From assembly GCA_030649895.1 (NCBI GenBank), contig JAUSEX010000030.1, forward strand, positions 592-64,591: a DNA stretch of 64,000 nt. Reading direction: 5' to 3'. The notes below the pieces were generated by a model. It made no database searches, had not been told where the DNA came from, and worked only from the letters and a program-made list of their open reading frames with translations. Both the position numbers and the translations under genes were made by a program. This DNA is from Candidatus Omnitrophota bacterium. GTDB taxonomy: Bacteria > Omnitrophota > Gorgyraeia > Gorgyraeales > Gorgyraeaceae. Shown here one piece after another: positions 18,951-28,312 of the stretch; the stretch's first letter is position 1, and every line of letters begins with the position of its first letter.

Positions 18951-20113
18951 TTTACCGCCTCCTTTATTTTATTTTTTAGCTCAATCAACTCTTTATCGTC
19001 AGGCACCCACTGTATTTTCAGCCCTTTGACCGGTAATTCAAATTTAGCCGCATCAAGGATATTTTCTATATCGCCTACGCTCTGGCCGCCCCAACCGTAA
19101 GATCCGAATGCCAGGCCCACCCTGTTTTTAGGGGCAAGGCCTTTCATATAAGTCATGAATGCGGAAACCGTGGAAAGCATCCCGTTATTTAAAGTTGGAG
19201 ATCCGACGCATATATATTTCGCGTCAAGTATAGACGTCATTACATTCGATATGTGGCTTGACTGCAGATTTCTTATTTCGCACGGTATATTTTTTTCTTC
19301 AAAGACGTCCTTTATCGCGTGCGCCATTTGTTCCGTGCTATGCCACATCGTATCATATACCACCACAGCCTTCTTTTCGCACTCATTATTGGCCCATTTT
19401 TTATAAAGCGCTGTTATATCCTTTATATGGCTTCGCCAGATAAGGCCGTGGCTCGGCGCAATCATATCCACAGCCAGCCCTGAGACAGCCTCTAACGCTT
19501 TGTTCACCTGGGCGCCATAAGGTAAAACTATATTGGCGTAATATTTCGCAGCTTCTACCCTAGCTTTATCCCATCCGTATTCGTCGTCAAACCTTTCGTT
19601 GGACGCAATGTGCTGGCCAAAAGCGTCATTCGGCAAAAGCAGCTTTTCCTCCGGGATATAAGTAGCCATCGAGTCAGGCCAATGCACCATCTGCATCAAT
19701 ACAAAATTCAGATTCCTCCCGCCTATATTAATCGAATCGCCGGTATTCACTACCTTGAAATTCAGATTTTTCTTAAAATGCTTTTTCAGGCCTTTCTCGC
19801 CGTTCGGAGAGCACACTATAGCGGCGTCCTTCGCTATATCCGCCATATCCAGTATGCTTCCTGAATGGTCCATTTCTGTATGATTTGAAATAATATAATC
19901 TATCTTAGCGGGGTCTATAACGCTCTTTATCCTGTCCAGCATTTCGTTGAACATATAATGCTTAACAGTATCCACAAGCACGATTTTCCGGTCTACAATT
20001 AAATAGGCGTTGTATGTGGAGCCAAGTTCAGTGGAATATCCATGGAAATTCCTCAGGTCCCAGTCAATAGCGCCTACCCAGTATACGCCTTTTTTAATCT
20101 CTAAAGGCTTCAT
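18947..20113 (-). CDS. fprA: Flavodiiron protein (FprA / rubredoxin:oxygen/NO oxidoreductase)
   Basis: Metallo-beta-lactamase-like diiron motif HTEMDHSG and a C-terminal flavodoxin domain. The start is chosen at MKPLEIKKGVYWVG. The ORF track extends to 20131. Confidence 0.8.
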   Translation of the reverse strand: MKPLEIKKGVYWVGAIDWDLRNFHGYSTELGSTYNAYLIVDRKIVLVDTVKHYMFNEMLDRIKSVIDPAKIDYIISNHTEMDHSGSILDMADIAKDAAIVCSPNGEKGLKKHFKKNLNFKVVNTGDSINIGGRNLNFVLMQMVHWPDSMATYIPEEKLLLPNDAFGQHIASNERFDDEYGWDKARVEAAKYYANIVLPYGAQVNKALEAVSGLAVDMIAPSHGLIWRSHIKDITALYKKWANNECEKKAVVVYDTMWHSTEQMAHAIKDVFEEKNIPCEIRNLQSSHISNVMTSILDAKYICVGSPTLNNGMLSTVSAFMTYMKGLAPKNRVGLAFGSYGWGGQSVGDIENILDAAKFELPVKGLKIQWVPDDKELIELKNKIKEAVK

Positions 20114-20134
20114 ATTTATCTCTCTAACCATCTT

Positions 20135-20175
20135 ACGCTTCGTAAGTGCAAGAGATTACACTTACGAAGCGTAAC
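20135..20175. repeat. Perfect 16-bp inverted repeat (ttacgcttcgtaagtg / cacttacgaagcgtaa) between hrb and fprA
   Basis: Read directly from the sequence. The core CGCTTCGTAAGTG recurs at 31262-31320 inside the kor operon. Confidence 0.6.
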
Positions 20176-20875
20176 CGGTTTCTTTTACGAATTCGCTTTT
20201 CTTCGCACCACACACAGGGCATACCCATGAATCAGGGATATCCTCAAACCTGGTACCCGGCTGTACGCCTCCGTCAGGATCTCCCGTCTCAGGGTCGTAT
20301 ACATAATTGCATACAGTGCAGATATATTTTTGCGCTGTCTGTTTTTTCCGACTAACTGCTTCTGATTTTATGAATGTCGGGGCATTCTCAGGCGTAGTCC
20401 CGCGTTTTACCTGATGATAATAATCATAGGTCATGGTTTTTCCTGTATTTAATATCTTTGAATCCGTCATCTCGCCCAGAAAAAGCGTGTGGGTTCCGCA
20501 GTCAAACTGGCTTATGACCTTTGCCTCCAGATAACAAAGCGCGTTTTCCAGCACCACAGGGCATCCTGAACCAAGCTTTACAAATTTTGTATCCTTGAAT
20601 TTATCTTCTACCCTGCCTGATTTGAATCCGAATTTGCCCATAAAGCTTAAGGGTGTTTCCTGCGCCAGCATTGAAACGCTGAACCTCTTGCTTGATTCTA
20701 TATATTCATGCGTAAGGTTTTTCTTGTTAATGCTTATAGCCACAGTTACAGGCTCGCTAGTGATCTGAAAAACAGTGTTGGCTATCTGTCCGTTCAGCAA
20801 ATCCCCTTTACTGGAACTCACTATATACATGCAATAGCCTATATTATGCAGAACACTCGGATCCATCTTAACCAC
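20162..20875 (-). CDS. Flavin reductase domain fused to rubredoxin (high-molecular-weight rubredoxin, Hrb-like)
   Basis: N-terminal FMN-binding split-barrel flavin-reductase-like region and a C-terminal rubredoxin ([10 protein letters not shown]…DWVCPVCG). It lies upstream of fprA, as in Moorella Hrb-FprA. Confidence 0.7.
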   Translation of the reverse strand: MVKMDPSVLHNIGYCMYIVSSSKGDLLNGQIANTVFQITSEPVTVAISINKKNLTHEYIESSKRFSVSMLAQETPLSFMGKFGFKSGRVEDKFKDTKFVKLGSGCPVVLENALCYLEAKVISQFDCGTHTLFLGEMTDSKILNTGKTMTYDYYHQVKRGTTPENAPTFIKSEAVSRKKQTAQKYICTVCNYVYDPETGDPDGGVQPGTRFEDIPDSWVCPVCGAKKSEFVKETGYAS

Positions 20876-20905
20876 CTCAACCCCGCGGGAGACCTGCGGC
20901 TTATC

Positions 20906-22198
20906 CTAAGCTTTCAAGATCTTCGCAAGATCATCTTTAGGATTAGAGACCAATCTCAAATCAAACTTTTCCTGAAGCACCCCGAATACATTCTTTGATA
21001 AAAATGCAGGAGGCGTAGGGCCTATGTAGATACCCTTAATATTAAGATACAATAAACTTAAAAGAATCGCAACAGCTTTCTGCTCAAACCACGACAGAAC
21101 CAACGTGAGCGGCAGGTCGTTCACGCCTGTCTTAAAAGCACCTGCCAGCGCTTCTGCGATCTTTATCGCGGAATACGCGTTATTGCACTGGCCCACGTCT
21201 ATCAGTCTTGGGATACCTTCTATATCTCCAAAATCAAGCTTATTGAAACGGTATTTTCCGCACGCAAGCGTAAGTATCACGCAATCTTTCGGAACCAGCT
21301 CTGCGAATTCCGTATAATAATTTCTGCCTGCCTTTGCTCCGTCGCAGCCGCCTATTAAAAAGAAATGTTTTATCTTTCCTGATTTCACGGCGCCTATCAC
21401 TTTATCGGCAATGCCAAGGACTGCGGTATGATGAAAACCTGTCATTATCTTTTTACCGGGCGCCTCAGGCAAACCAGGCAAACTCTTCGCCTTCTCAATC
21501 AACCCGCTGAAATCTTTCCTGTCCTGTATCCGCTTAGATCCCGTAACGCCTGTTATGCCTATTGTAAACAGCCTGTCCAGATAAGTATTTTCCGGCGGTA
21601 TCAAAACGCAGTTAGTAGTAGCTAAAATAGCGCCCGGAAATTCTTTAAATTCTTTTTTCTGCTCCTGCCATGCGCCCCCGTAATTACCAACAAGGTGCTT
21701 GAATTTTTTAAGTTCAGGATATCCGTGAGCCGGCAGCATTTCGCTATGCGTGTACACATTAACCCCGGTACCCTCTGTCTGCTTCAATAATTCATAAAGA
21801 TCCAGGAGGTCATGGCCTGTAATAAGTATGCCCGGCCCCTTTCTTGTTCCCGTCTCAACTTCTACAGGCACAGGATTGCCAAACTTGCCGGTATGCGCTT
21901 TATCCAGAAGCTCCATCACCTTTATATTTATCTGGCCGCACTTTAAAACCAGCCCGATATATTGGTTTATGTCAAAGCTCACGTTTGTAACTGTCTTAAA
22001 TAGCGCCTCATGCATAAAAGCATCCACTTCTTTGTCTATAGCCCCGAGTTCTCTTGCGTGATACGCATATGCAGCTATGCCCTTTAACCCGAATAACAGG
22101 GTATCCTGCAGGCTCTGTATATCTTCATTCTTTCCGCACACGCCTGCCTTTGTGCACCCTGTACCGCCCGCTGTCTGCTCGCATTGATAACAAAACAT
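20906..22198 (-). CDS. hcp: Hybrid cluster protein (hydroxylamine reductase)
   Basis: N-terminal MFCYQCEQT…GCTKAGVCGK Cys motif characteristic of Hcp. About 430 aa. Confidence 0.85.
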   Translation of the reverse strand: MFCYQCEQTAGGTGCTKAGVCGKNEDIQSLQDTLLFGLKGIAAYAYHARELGAIDKEVDAFMHEALFKTVTNVSFDINQYIGLVLKCGQINIKVMELLDKAHTGKFGNPVPVEVETGTRKGPGILITGHDLLDLYELLKQTEGTGVNVYTHSEMLPAHGYPELKKFKHLVGNYGGAWQEQKKEFKEFPGAILATTNCVLIPPENTYLDRLFTIGITGVTGSKRIQDRKDFSGLIEKAKSLPGLPEAPGKKIMTGFHHTAVLGIADKVIGAVKSGKIKHFFLIGGCDGAKAGRNYYTEFAELVPKDCVILTLACGKYRFNKLDFGDIEGIPRLIDVGQCNNAYSAIKIAEALAGAFKTGVNDLPLTLVLSWFEQKAVAILLSLLYLNIKGIYIGPTPPAFLSKNVFGVLQEKFDLRLVSNPKDDLAKILKA

Positions 22199-22250
22199 TT
22201 TACCCCTCCCTGTTATTTCGCTTTTCCGATCGCCGATCGGAAAACGGTTT

Positions 22251-22490
22251 CTACTTTTTATTTTTCTTATATCTTTCGTATTTCTGAGACCCTATACAAT
22301 CCTTTGCCATGCTGCACCAGTCAAGACACGACCCGGGCAAACATCTGCTCGTCTTTTTTTTGCAACAAGGGCAGGTAGTTTCCGTCTCGTCAGACCAAAT
22401 CTCTATTTCTTTGCCGCATGAACATTTAATATTCTCAGGAAATGGCTCTTTCACTCTCTTGGAGCCAGGGCAACCGTCAAAAAAACTCAT
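22251..22490 (-). CDS. Small Cys-rich protein (10 Cys in 79 aa) inside the hcp operon
   Basis: CSCGKE…CPCCKKK…CLPGSCLDWC. Its start overlaps the upstream Fe-S gene stop (ATGA). Confidence 0.4.
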   Translation of the reverse strand: MSFFDGCPGSKRVKEPFPENIKCSCGKEIEIWSDETETTCPCCKKKTSRCLPGSCLDWCSMAKDCIGSQKYERYKKNKK

Positions 22491-23197
22491 TTTATATCCC
22501 CCTGGATACCTACGGTAATTTCCTTTACAAGTATTTTTTTACAGGATAATTTCACTGCCTCGCCCACTATGTGATTCAAGCCAAAACAGCACGGCACTTC
22601 CATGTGCGCGACTGTCACGCTCTTTAGATTATTGACTTTGAAAATCTCAGCCAGTTTTTCTATATACATATCTCCTTCGTCCAGTTTCGGACAGCCTATA
22701 ATAAGAGGCTTGCCTTTTAATAAGTCCTGATGAAAGCCAGGATATGAAAACGCCACGCAGTCAGCAGCTATCAATAAATCCGCATTTTTTAAATACGGCG
22801 CGTCTACAGGTACCAGCTTCAGCTGTATGGGCCAGTTAGCGAGCTCGGATTCCGTCTTCACCATTGGCCCTTCACCCTTCACCACCCTGGGTTTAAGCGT
22901 TTTCACAGCTGTTCCAGGGCATCCGCATGGTAATCTCTTCTCTTCTTTCTTTTTTATATCCTCCAGATGTCTTTTGGTTGCTTCTTCGTCAAAAGATTTT
23001 GCGTCTTTTTCCTCAATGCTGATAGCGCCTTCAAGGCAATGGCCAAGGCACGCGCCTAACCCGTCGCAGTAAATGTCTTTTACTAGCCTGGCCTTCCCAT
23101 TTACTATCTGAAGAGCGCCTTCCGCGCAATTCGGTATGCATAACCCGCACCCTGTGCATTTTTCCTCGTCTATCTTCACTATTTTACGTTTTGCCAT
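22487..23197 (-). CDS. 4Fe-4S ferredoxin-domain protein with a Cys-rich C-terminal domain
   Basis: CTGCGLCIPNC plus further Cys clusters. It lies between the Rrf2 regulator gene and hcp. Confidence 0.5.
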   Translation of the reverse strand: MAKRKIVKIDEEKCTGCGLCIPNCAEGALQIVNGKARLVKDIYCDGLGACLGHCLEGAISIEEKDAKSFDEEATKRHLEDIKKKEEKRLPCGCPGTAVKTLKPRVVKGEGPMVKTESELANWPIQLKLVPVDAPYLKNADLLIAADCVAFSYPGFHQDLLKGKPLIIGCPKLDEGDMYIEKLAEIFKVNNLKSVTVAHMEVPCCFGLNHIVGEAVKLSCKKILVKEITVGIQGDIK

Positions 23198-23205
23198 ATA
23201 AGCTC

Positions 23206-23616
23206 CTACTCAGACAGTTCTTCTATGTTTATATTTTCCAGATCTTTTACAACCCTAGAATTAAGCGCCTTTATCTTTTTTCTGATTTTGCATTCAGGCC
23301 GGTTAGGACATATCTTTCCTTTAAGCAGGCAGTTTGTAAGTTCTATCTCGCCCTGGAATACCCTAATCACGTTTGCAATACTTATCCTCGCGGGTTTGAC
23401 CAAGAAAGAAAAGCCTCCGGATTTCCCTTTGTAGGATAAAAGCATATTTTTTTCTGCCAATTTCTGCAATATTCTCCTCAAGAAAACCTTGGGGAGCTTT
23501 TCTTCTAATACTATTTCCTCTACGGTAAAAACCTTCCTGCCTTCCTGCCTTAAGGCCCTGGCCATTAACACCATAGCCCTCAACGCGTAATCCGTATCCC
23601 TGGTTATAAATCTCAT
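23206..23616 (-). CDS. Rrf2-family (NsrR/IscR-like) transcriptional regulator
   Basis: N-terminal wHTH MRFITRDTDYALRAMVLMA with conserved Cys in the C-terminal half (CPNRPEC). First gene of the hcp operon. Confidence 0.75.
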   Translation of the reverse strand: MRFITRDTDYALRAMVLMARALRQEGRKVFTVEEIVLEEKLPKVFLRRILQKLAEKNMLLSYKGKSGGFSFLVKPARISIANVIRVFQGEIELTNCLLKGKICPNRPECKIRKKIKALNSRVVKDLENINIEELSE

Positions 23617-23633
23617 GCAACTCCTTCTCTTAT

Positions 23634-23652
23634 TGATACTATATTAGTATCA
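23634..23652. promoter_or_regulatory. 19-bp palindrome tGATACTAtatTAGTATCa in the Rrf2/hcp promoter region, a candidate Rrf2 operator
   Basis: Perfect dyad 18-36 bp upstream of the Rrf2 start. The architecture resembles NsrR-type boxes (ATRYAT…ATRYAT). Confidence 0.45.
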
Positions 23653-23687
23653 TTTAGATAACTTGTCAAGTAAAATTACGCGTTAGA

Positions 23688-24323
23688 CTAATCCAACCTC
23701 ACGTATATACAGGACGCCAGCTCCTTGTCCACGGCAAACTGGCTCTTGCCTACCTGGAAAACAAAAGAAGGAAATTTCTGGATAAGCCTTATGCCTGTAT
23801 TAGGCAACGCTCCGATGGCGATTATTTTTTGCAGCATCGCCTGATTTTGCGCCTCTAAATGCGAGATCGTAGCCTTCTTGTTCAATTCCAATTCGCTCAA
23901 CAGCATAATTATTTTTTTAGGCACCCTCTTCACATCCTTACAGCAATCGCCCTCCGGGATAGGCCTCCCATGCGGGCATGTCCTGGGGTGGCCGAGCAAT
24001 ATACAAACATTCTCATCGAGGCCCTTGTGAAGCAAATGTTCGAACTTACAGCTTGCCTCATGCACCAATCTCTTTTTTATATCGAGAACATCCACAAACA
24101 GCCTCTCTGCCAAGCGATGCCGCCTTACGCAATTCTTAGCTTCCTCTCTTCCTTTATTGGTCAGCTTTATCTGACTGTTCCTTATCTCTACATAATCCAG
24201 ATCGGATAATCTTTTGATAATATCGTCGTCTTTCAACACACTGATATCGCACGACTGATTCTTCTTTTCTACCAGTTCCCCCCAAAGCGCCTCCAGTATC
24301 TCCTCTTCCCTGTCCGTAAGCAT
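23688..24323 (-). CDS. DtxR/MntR-family metal-dependent regulator with a C-terminal FeoA-like (SH3) domain
   Basis: N-terminal HTH (EEILEALW…), a metal-binding helical region with His/Cys residues, and a FeoA-like C-terminus. Confidence 0.55.
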   Translation of the reverse strand: MLTDREEEILEALWGELVEKKNQSCDISVLKDDDIIKRLSDLDYVEIRNSQIKLTNKGREEAKNCVRRHRLAERLFVDVLDIKKRLVHEASCKFEHLLHKGLDENVCILLGHPRTCPHGRPIPEGDCCKDVKRVPKKIIMLLSELELNKKATISHLEAQNQAMLQKIIAIGALPNTGIRLIQKFPSFVFQVGKSQFAVDKELASCIYVRLD

Positions 24324-24335
24324 ATCCTTATCTCC

Positions 24336-25784
24336 TTATAATATTACGCCAAGCCTTGTTAAAATAAAATTTACGACGAATGCCACGCTAAATGAAAAAA
24401 ATAATATAAAAACAGATATCCCGAGCCCTGTTTTCCAACCGCGCTCTTTGACGTTCATTAAAAACTGGGCGATACAAGGGAGAAATAATGTCAGCGCCAC
24501 GCAACTTACAACAAGCTGCACACCGTTCAAGAGCCCGTGCTTATTAAGGTCGTACAGCCCTGCTGCGCCATAATCACGCCTAAAAAAACCAAAGAGAAAG
24601 GCCTTACTGGCTTCGGCCGGCAGGCCTATTAATTCTACCGGCTTTTTCAGAAGATTGACCATGAAATCAAATAAATGCGATAGGACCCCCAGCCATATAA
24701 AAATACTCGCCAGCAGAAATAACGGCAATATCTCTATAAAATACCATTTTACCCTGGCAAAGGTCTTGGTGATAACATTTGAAATGCTTGGCATCCTGAG
24801 AGGCGGAACCTCCATATAGAAAGACGGCCTTTCGCCAGGCAAAATCTTGGAGGTCAGGTAACCCACAAATAAAAATATCAAACCGACTATCCCGGCCCAT
24901 ATCAACATCGCTTTAGGGTTGCCTCCCAATAACGCCAGGATAACGCCCATTTGAGCTGAACACGGTATGGCAAGAGAAAGAAGTATGGTTGCAATAATAC
25001 GTTCCCTCTTAGTAGGCAATGTCCTTGTAACCATTGTAGCCATCGTAGCGCAACCAAACCCAAGGACCATCGGTATTACCGCCCTGCCGCTCAGCCCTAT
25101 CTTCTTAAATGTCCTGTCTATAAGCATCGCAAGGCGCGGCAGATACCCGGTATCTTCAATTATAGAAAAAACAATAAAAAAGAAAGTAACTATCGGCAAT
25201 ATAAGCGCAACAGCGTACCTCAAACCAAGCGTAATTACGCCATATTCTCCCACAAGAAGTTCCCGTAAAATCCTCCATGGAACAATATGAGCGGCTGCTT
25301 TTATAAAAAATGGGTTCAGGTATTTTTCAAATATCGTTCCTTCCAGAAAATTCACCACTGTGCCTGCCCCGAACTGGCCTACAAACTTGTACAGGCCCCA
25401 GTAAAGCACTAATAAAAGAATGGGAATGCCTGTTATGGGGTTCATTGTCAACCTGCTTAATCTCTCTCTCAGCTCAATGGTTTCTTTTTTTATCTTTACC
25501 GCTTTCTCTATAATCAATCTCACTTCATTCTGTCTTTCTAATGCCAATTCGTAAGTAATAGGATTCGCAAAATGCGCCTTTGCCTCTTTCACTACTTTCT
25601 GTATATCATCTATAGTATCGCTCTCATTTTTACGCACTATTTCTCTTATTTCCTCATCATCCTGCAGGAGCAAAAGCGCTACAGAACGTTTAGATATAAA
25701 ATAACTTGCCTTGAGCAGGTCGCATATCTTTTCAACTGCTAATTCTATGGAGTACTCTATCGGGCCTTTATAATCCATTGCCAT
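24336..25784 (-). CDS. feoB: FeoB C-terminal part: GDI helical domain plus the membrane Gate/nucleoside-recognition domains
   Basis: About 100 aa of soluble helical domain, then two Gate-motif repeats and about 8 TM helices. It overlaps the upstream G-domain ORF by 17 nt. Confidence 0.7.
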   Translation of the reverse strand: MAMDYKGPIEYSIELAVEKICDLLKASYFISKRSVALLLLQDDEEIREIVRKNESDTIDDIQKVVKEAKAHFANPITYELALERQNEVRLIIEKAVKIKKETIELRERLSRLTMNPITGIPILLLVLYWGLYKFVGQFGAGTVVNFLEGTIFEKYLNPFFIKAAAHIVPWRILRELLVGEYGVITLGLRYAVALILPIVTFFFIVFSIIEDTGYLPRLAMLIDRTFKKIGLSGRAVIPMVLGFGCATMATMVTRTLPTKRERIIATILLSLAIPCSAQMGVILALLGGNPKAMLIWAGIVGLIFLFVGYLTSKILPGERPSFYMEVPPLRMPSISNVITKTFARVKWYFIEILPLFLLASIFIWLGVLSHLFDFMVNLLKKPVELIGLPAEASKAFLFGFFRRDYGAAGLYDLNKHGLLNGVQLVVSCVALTLFLPCIAQFLMNVKERGWKTGLGISVFILFFSFSVAFVVNFILTRLGVIL

Positions 25785-26307
25785 ACGACTTTATCCTCTT
25801 TTTCAATTCTTCTATGCCTTTCCCGGCCGTGGAAACAGTCTCTATAACAGGCACTCCCAGTTCTTTTTCCAACACCTGTATATTTATGCTGACGCCTTCT
25901 TTACGGGCCTCATCCATTATATTAAGCACCAACATAACCGGCAACTCCGCCTCCATTAATTGCAGCGTCAGAGAAAGCATCCTTTCCAGGTTTTTGGCAT
26001 CCACGACATGTATAACAATATCTGGCTTCTCATTAAGCAATATCCTTCTTGCGACTCTTTCTTCTTCCGTGATCGGCAGAAATGAATACATGCCTGGCGT
26101 GTCTATCACCTCATAATCTGTTCCCTCCAGATTCATCCTGCCTCTGGAAACCTCGACAGTCGTGCCGGGATAATTGGAAACAACCACATACTGTCCGGTA
26201 AGCACATTGAATAAAACGCTCTTGCCTACATTAGGATTTCCTACAATAGCTATCTTTTTTATGCTCATGTTATCTGGCAAAAAAACTTTTTCCTGTTTTT
26301 TTAGCAA
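25768..26307 (-). CDS. feoB: FeoB N-terminal GTPase domain as a stand-alone ORF
   Basis: G1 GNPNVGKS, G3 DTPG, G4 NIMD. A probable alternative start lies at 26268 (MSIKKIAIVG). Confidence 0.7.
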   Translation of the reverse strand: MLKKQEKVFLPDNMSIKKIAIVGNPNVGKSVLFNVLTGQYVVVSNYPGTTVEVSRGRMNLEGTDYEVIDTPGMYSFLPITEEERVARRILLNEKPDIVIHVVDAKNLERMLSLTLQLMEAELPVMLVLNIMDEARKEGVSINIQVLEKELGVPVIETVSTAGKGIEELKKRIKSYGNGL

Positions 26308-26905
26308 TCTGTCGCGCTTCTTTTATTTTCTCTCCCTGCACTTCCGGGCCAAGCGCATCCATTGGCTGGCTATTTATAAAGGTAACGTCAATTATACCGG
26401 CCAGGCCGAAGACAGACCTTATATAAGGTTCCTGAAAATCATAAGCATGGCCCGGGCTTCCAGGCGAATAGTCTCCTCCACGGCTTGTAATAACAACCAT
26501 TTTTTTGTTCTTTACAAGCCCTTCCGGCCCTTTGTCCGTATACCTGAAAAGGTATTTTGGCTGAAGAATTACGTCTATATAATGCTTTAGATAATACGGG
26601 ATGCCGAAGTTCCACATAGGGACGCTTATGATATATCCATCTGCTGAAAGAAATCTTTCTATGTGCCTTATGATATCGCTCCATGCCGGCTTTAAATCAT
26701 CGGGTAAGTCTTTTCCCCCGAGCAATATATATTTTCCGTTTATCGCCTTGACAGTAAGCTCTGGAAGCCTTTCTTTTGTAACATCCAGCGTATCTACTTT
26801 ACAATCAGGCGAGGCCTGTTCCAATCCTTCAAAAAATGCCTCCGTGACTTTAAGCGTCCTGGATTCCTCCCCTCTCGGCGTAGCAATAATATGCAAAAGT
26901 TTCAT
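26270..26905 (-). CDS. FMN-dependent NADH-azoreductase-like flavodoxin-fold protein
   Basis: MKLLHIIATPRGEES N-terminus, typical of the AzoR/AcpD family. Confidence 0.6.
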   Translation of the reverse strand: MKLLHIIATPRGEESRTLKVTEAFFEGLEQASPDCKVDTLDVTKERLPELTVKAINGKYILLGGKDLPDDLKPAWSDIIRHIERFLSADGYIISVPMWNFGIPYYLKHYIDVILQPKYLFRYTDKGPEGLVKNKKMVVITSRGGDYSPGSPGHAYDFQEPYIRSVFGLAGIIDVTFINSQPMDALGPEVQGEKIKEARQIAKKTGKSFFAR

Positions 26906-26914
26906 AGCGCCTCC

Positions 26915-27919
26915 TTAATCAAAAAAACCGTCCACCATCGTCCCGCACTCAGGGCATTTAGAATCTTTTATATTGTTTTCAATCACATCGAATGCCGCTC
27001 TCTTTATCAAAATATTTTTACACCTCTGACAAAAGGTATCATTGTCTTCTGATATGTTTCCTAAATAGATATAACGCAAGCCTGCTTTTTCACCTATAAC
27101 TCTGGCTATTTTCAAGGTTTCTACGGGCGTAGGACCTGAATCCAGATACTTGTAATCTGGATGAAACCTGGAGACATGCCACGGGATCTCTTTCCCCACA
27201 CTTGCGATAAATCCTGCCATGTCTTCCAGTTCTTTTTTTGTATCATTCCGGTCCGGAATTATCAAAGTAGTAATTTCAATCCAAATGCCAGATTTTTTCA
27301 TGGCCTTTATAGACTCAAGCACCGGGCTTAGGCTAGCTTTACATAACTTGCTGTAATAATCTTCGCTAAATCCTTTGAGATCCACGTTCGCGCTATCCAA
27401 ATACGGCCCGATCGCCTTAAGCGCCTCAGCTGTCATGTATCCGTTTGTCACAAAATTATTATAAAGCCCTTCTTTTTTAGCAAGTTTGGCAATATCATAA
27501 GCGTATTCAAAAAATATAGTCGGCTCTGTATAGGTATATGAAATGCTTTTACAGCCGCGAGCTTTCGCTTCTCTCACAATATCAGCCGGCTTTATTTCGC
27601 TCCCGGAAACATCATTATCCCTCTTGGAAAGCTGGGATATTTCCCAGTTCTGGCAAAACTGACACTTGAAATTGCACCCGATAGTAGCCAATGAATAAGA
27701 CTTCGTGCCTGGCAAAAAATGATAGAGAGGCTTTTTCTCTATAGGGTCTGCGTGCGAAGCTATTACATCCCCGTATACAAGCGTATATAATTTACCGCTT
27801 ACATTCTGCCTTACCCCGCAAATACCGAATTTGCCTGGAAGGATTTTACAACGATGCGAACATAGATAACAATGCGCCTCGTCATAAGAGCTCTCATACA
27901 GCATCGCCTCTTTTATCAT
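26915..27919 (-). CDS. Radical SAM enzyme, AmmeMemoRadiSam-system / PFL-activase-like
   Basis: N-terminal C…CxxC…C cluster (CYLCSHRCKI…GICGVRQ), then a CNFKCQFCQNWEIS radical-SAM motif. Confidence 0.55.
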   Translation of the reverse strand: MIKEAMLYESSYDEAHCYLCSHRCKILPGKFGICGVRQNVSGKLYTLVYGDVIASHADPIEKKPLYHFLPGTKSYSLATIGCNFKCQFCQNWEISQLSKRDNDVSGSEIKPADIVREAKARGCKSISYTYTEPTIFFEYAYDIAKLAKKEGLYNNFVTNGYMTAEALKAIGPYLDSANVDLKGFSEDYYSKLCKASLSPVLESIKAMKKSGIWIEITTLIIPDRNDTKKELEDMAGFIASVGKEIPWHVSRFHPDYKYLDSGPTPVETLKIARVIGEKAGLRYIYLGNISEDNDTFCQRCKNILIKRAAFDVIENNIKDSKCPECGTMVDGFFD

Positions 27920-28260
27920 TTTGCTAATTTTATCTCTTTTGCTAATTTTCCGCTTATATTACAGTAGGCCTCTATGGATAATACATCGCCCGGCATGGCG
28001 TCAGGTACAAGATAACTCACTGTCTGGTTGGTATTATTATCCTGCCTGCTTATGCTTTGGCTTATTATTTCTTTTCCATTGAGCCCCGCGTTAACTTTAT
28101 AAACAAAATGTTTCCTAACATCGCTTACATTGTGCATAATAATCGCCGTAAGTATTTTCGTCTTCGGCGCATATGTAAGTTTTATGTCCGAAGGCGGATG
28201 AGCATAAGCCAGCGAACAGATAAAGATACATAAAATCGACAGCATGATTATTTTTTTCAT
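27916..28260 (-). CDS. Secreted small protein of unknown function
   Basis: Signal peptide MKKIIMLSILCIFICSLAYA. Start at 28260 behind the leader cassette. The ORF track begins at 28287. Confidence 0.4.
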   Translation of the reverse strand: MKKIIMLSILCIFICSLAYAHPPSDIKLTYAPKTKILTAIIMHNVSDVRKHFVYKVNAGLNGKEIISQSISRQDNNTNQTVSYLVPDAMPGDVLSIEAYCNISGKLAKEIKLAK

Positions 28261-28265
28261 TTTTG

Positions 28266-28297
28266 CCTCGCAAATTTTGTGAAACAAAATTTGATCC
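28266..28297 (-). promoter_or_regulatory. Recurrent dyad leader cassette with perfect 9-3-9 arms
   Basis: Gene-sense sequence is GGATCAAATTTTGTTTCACAAAATTTGCGAGGcaaaaATG. Confidence 0.5.
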
Positions 28298-28312
28298 AGG
28301 GCGGCTATATGT

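Noticed and set aside
24667-24900. 77-aa minus-strand ORF out of frame inside the feoB membrane-domain gene
   Set aside because: Same-strand alternative-frame ORF within a well-supported CDS. No motif.
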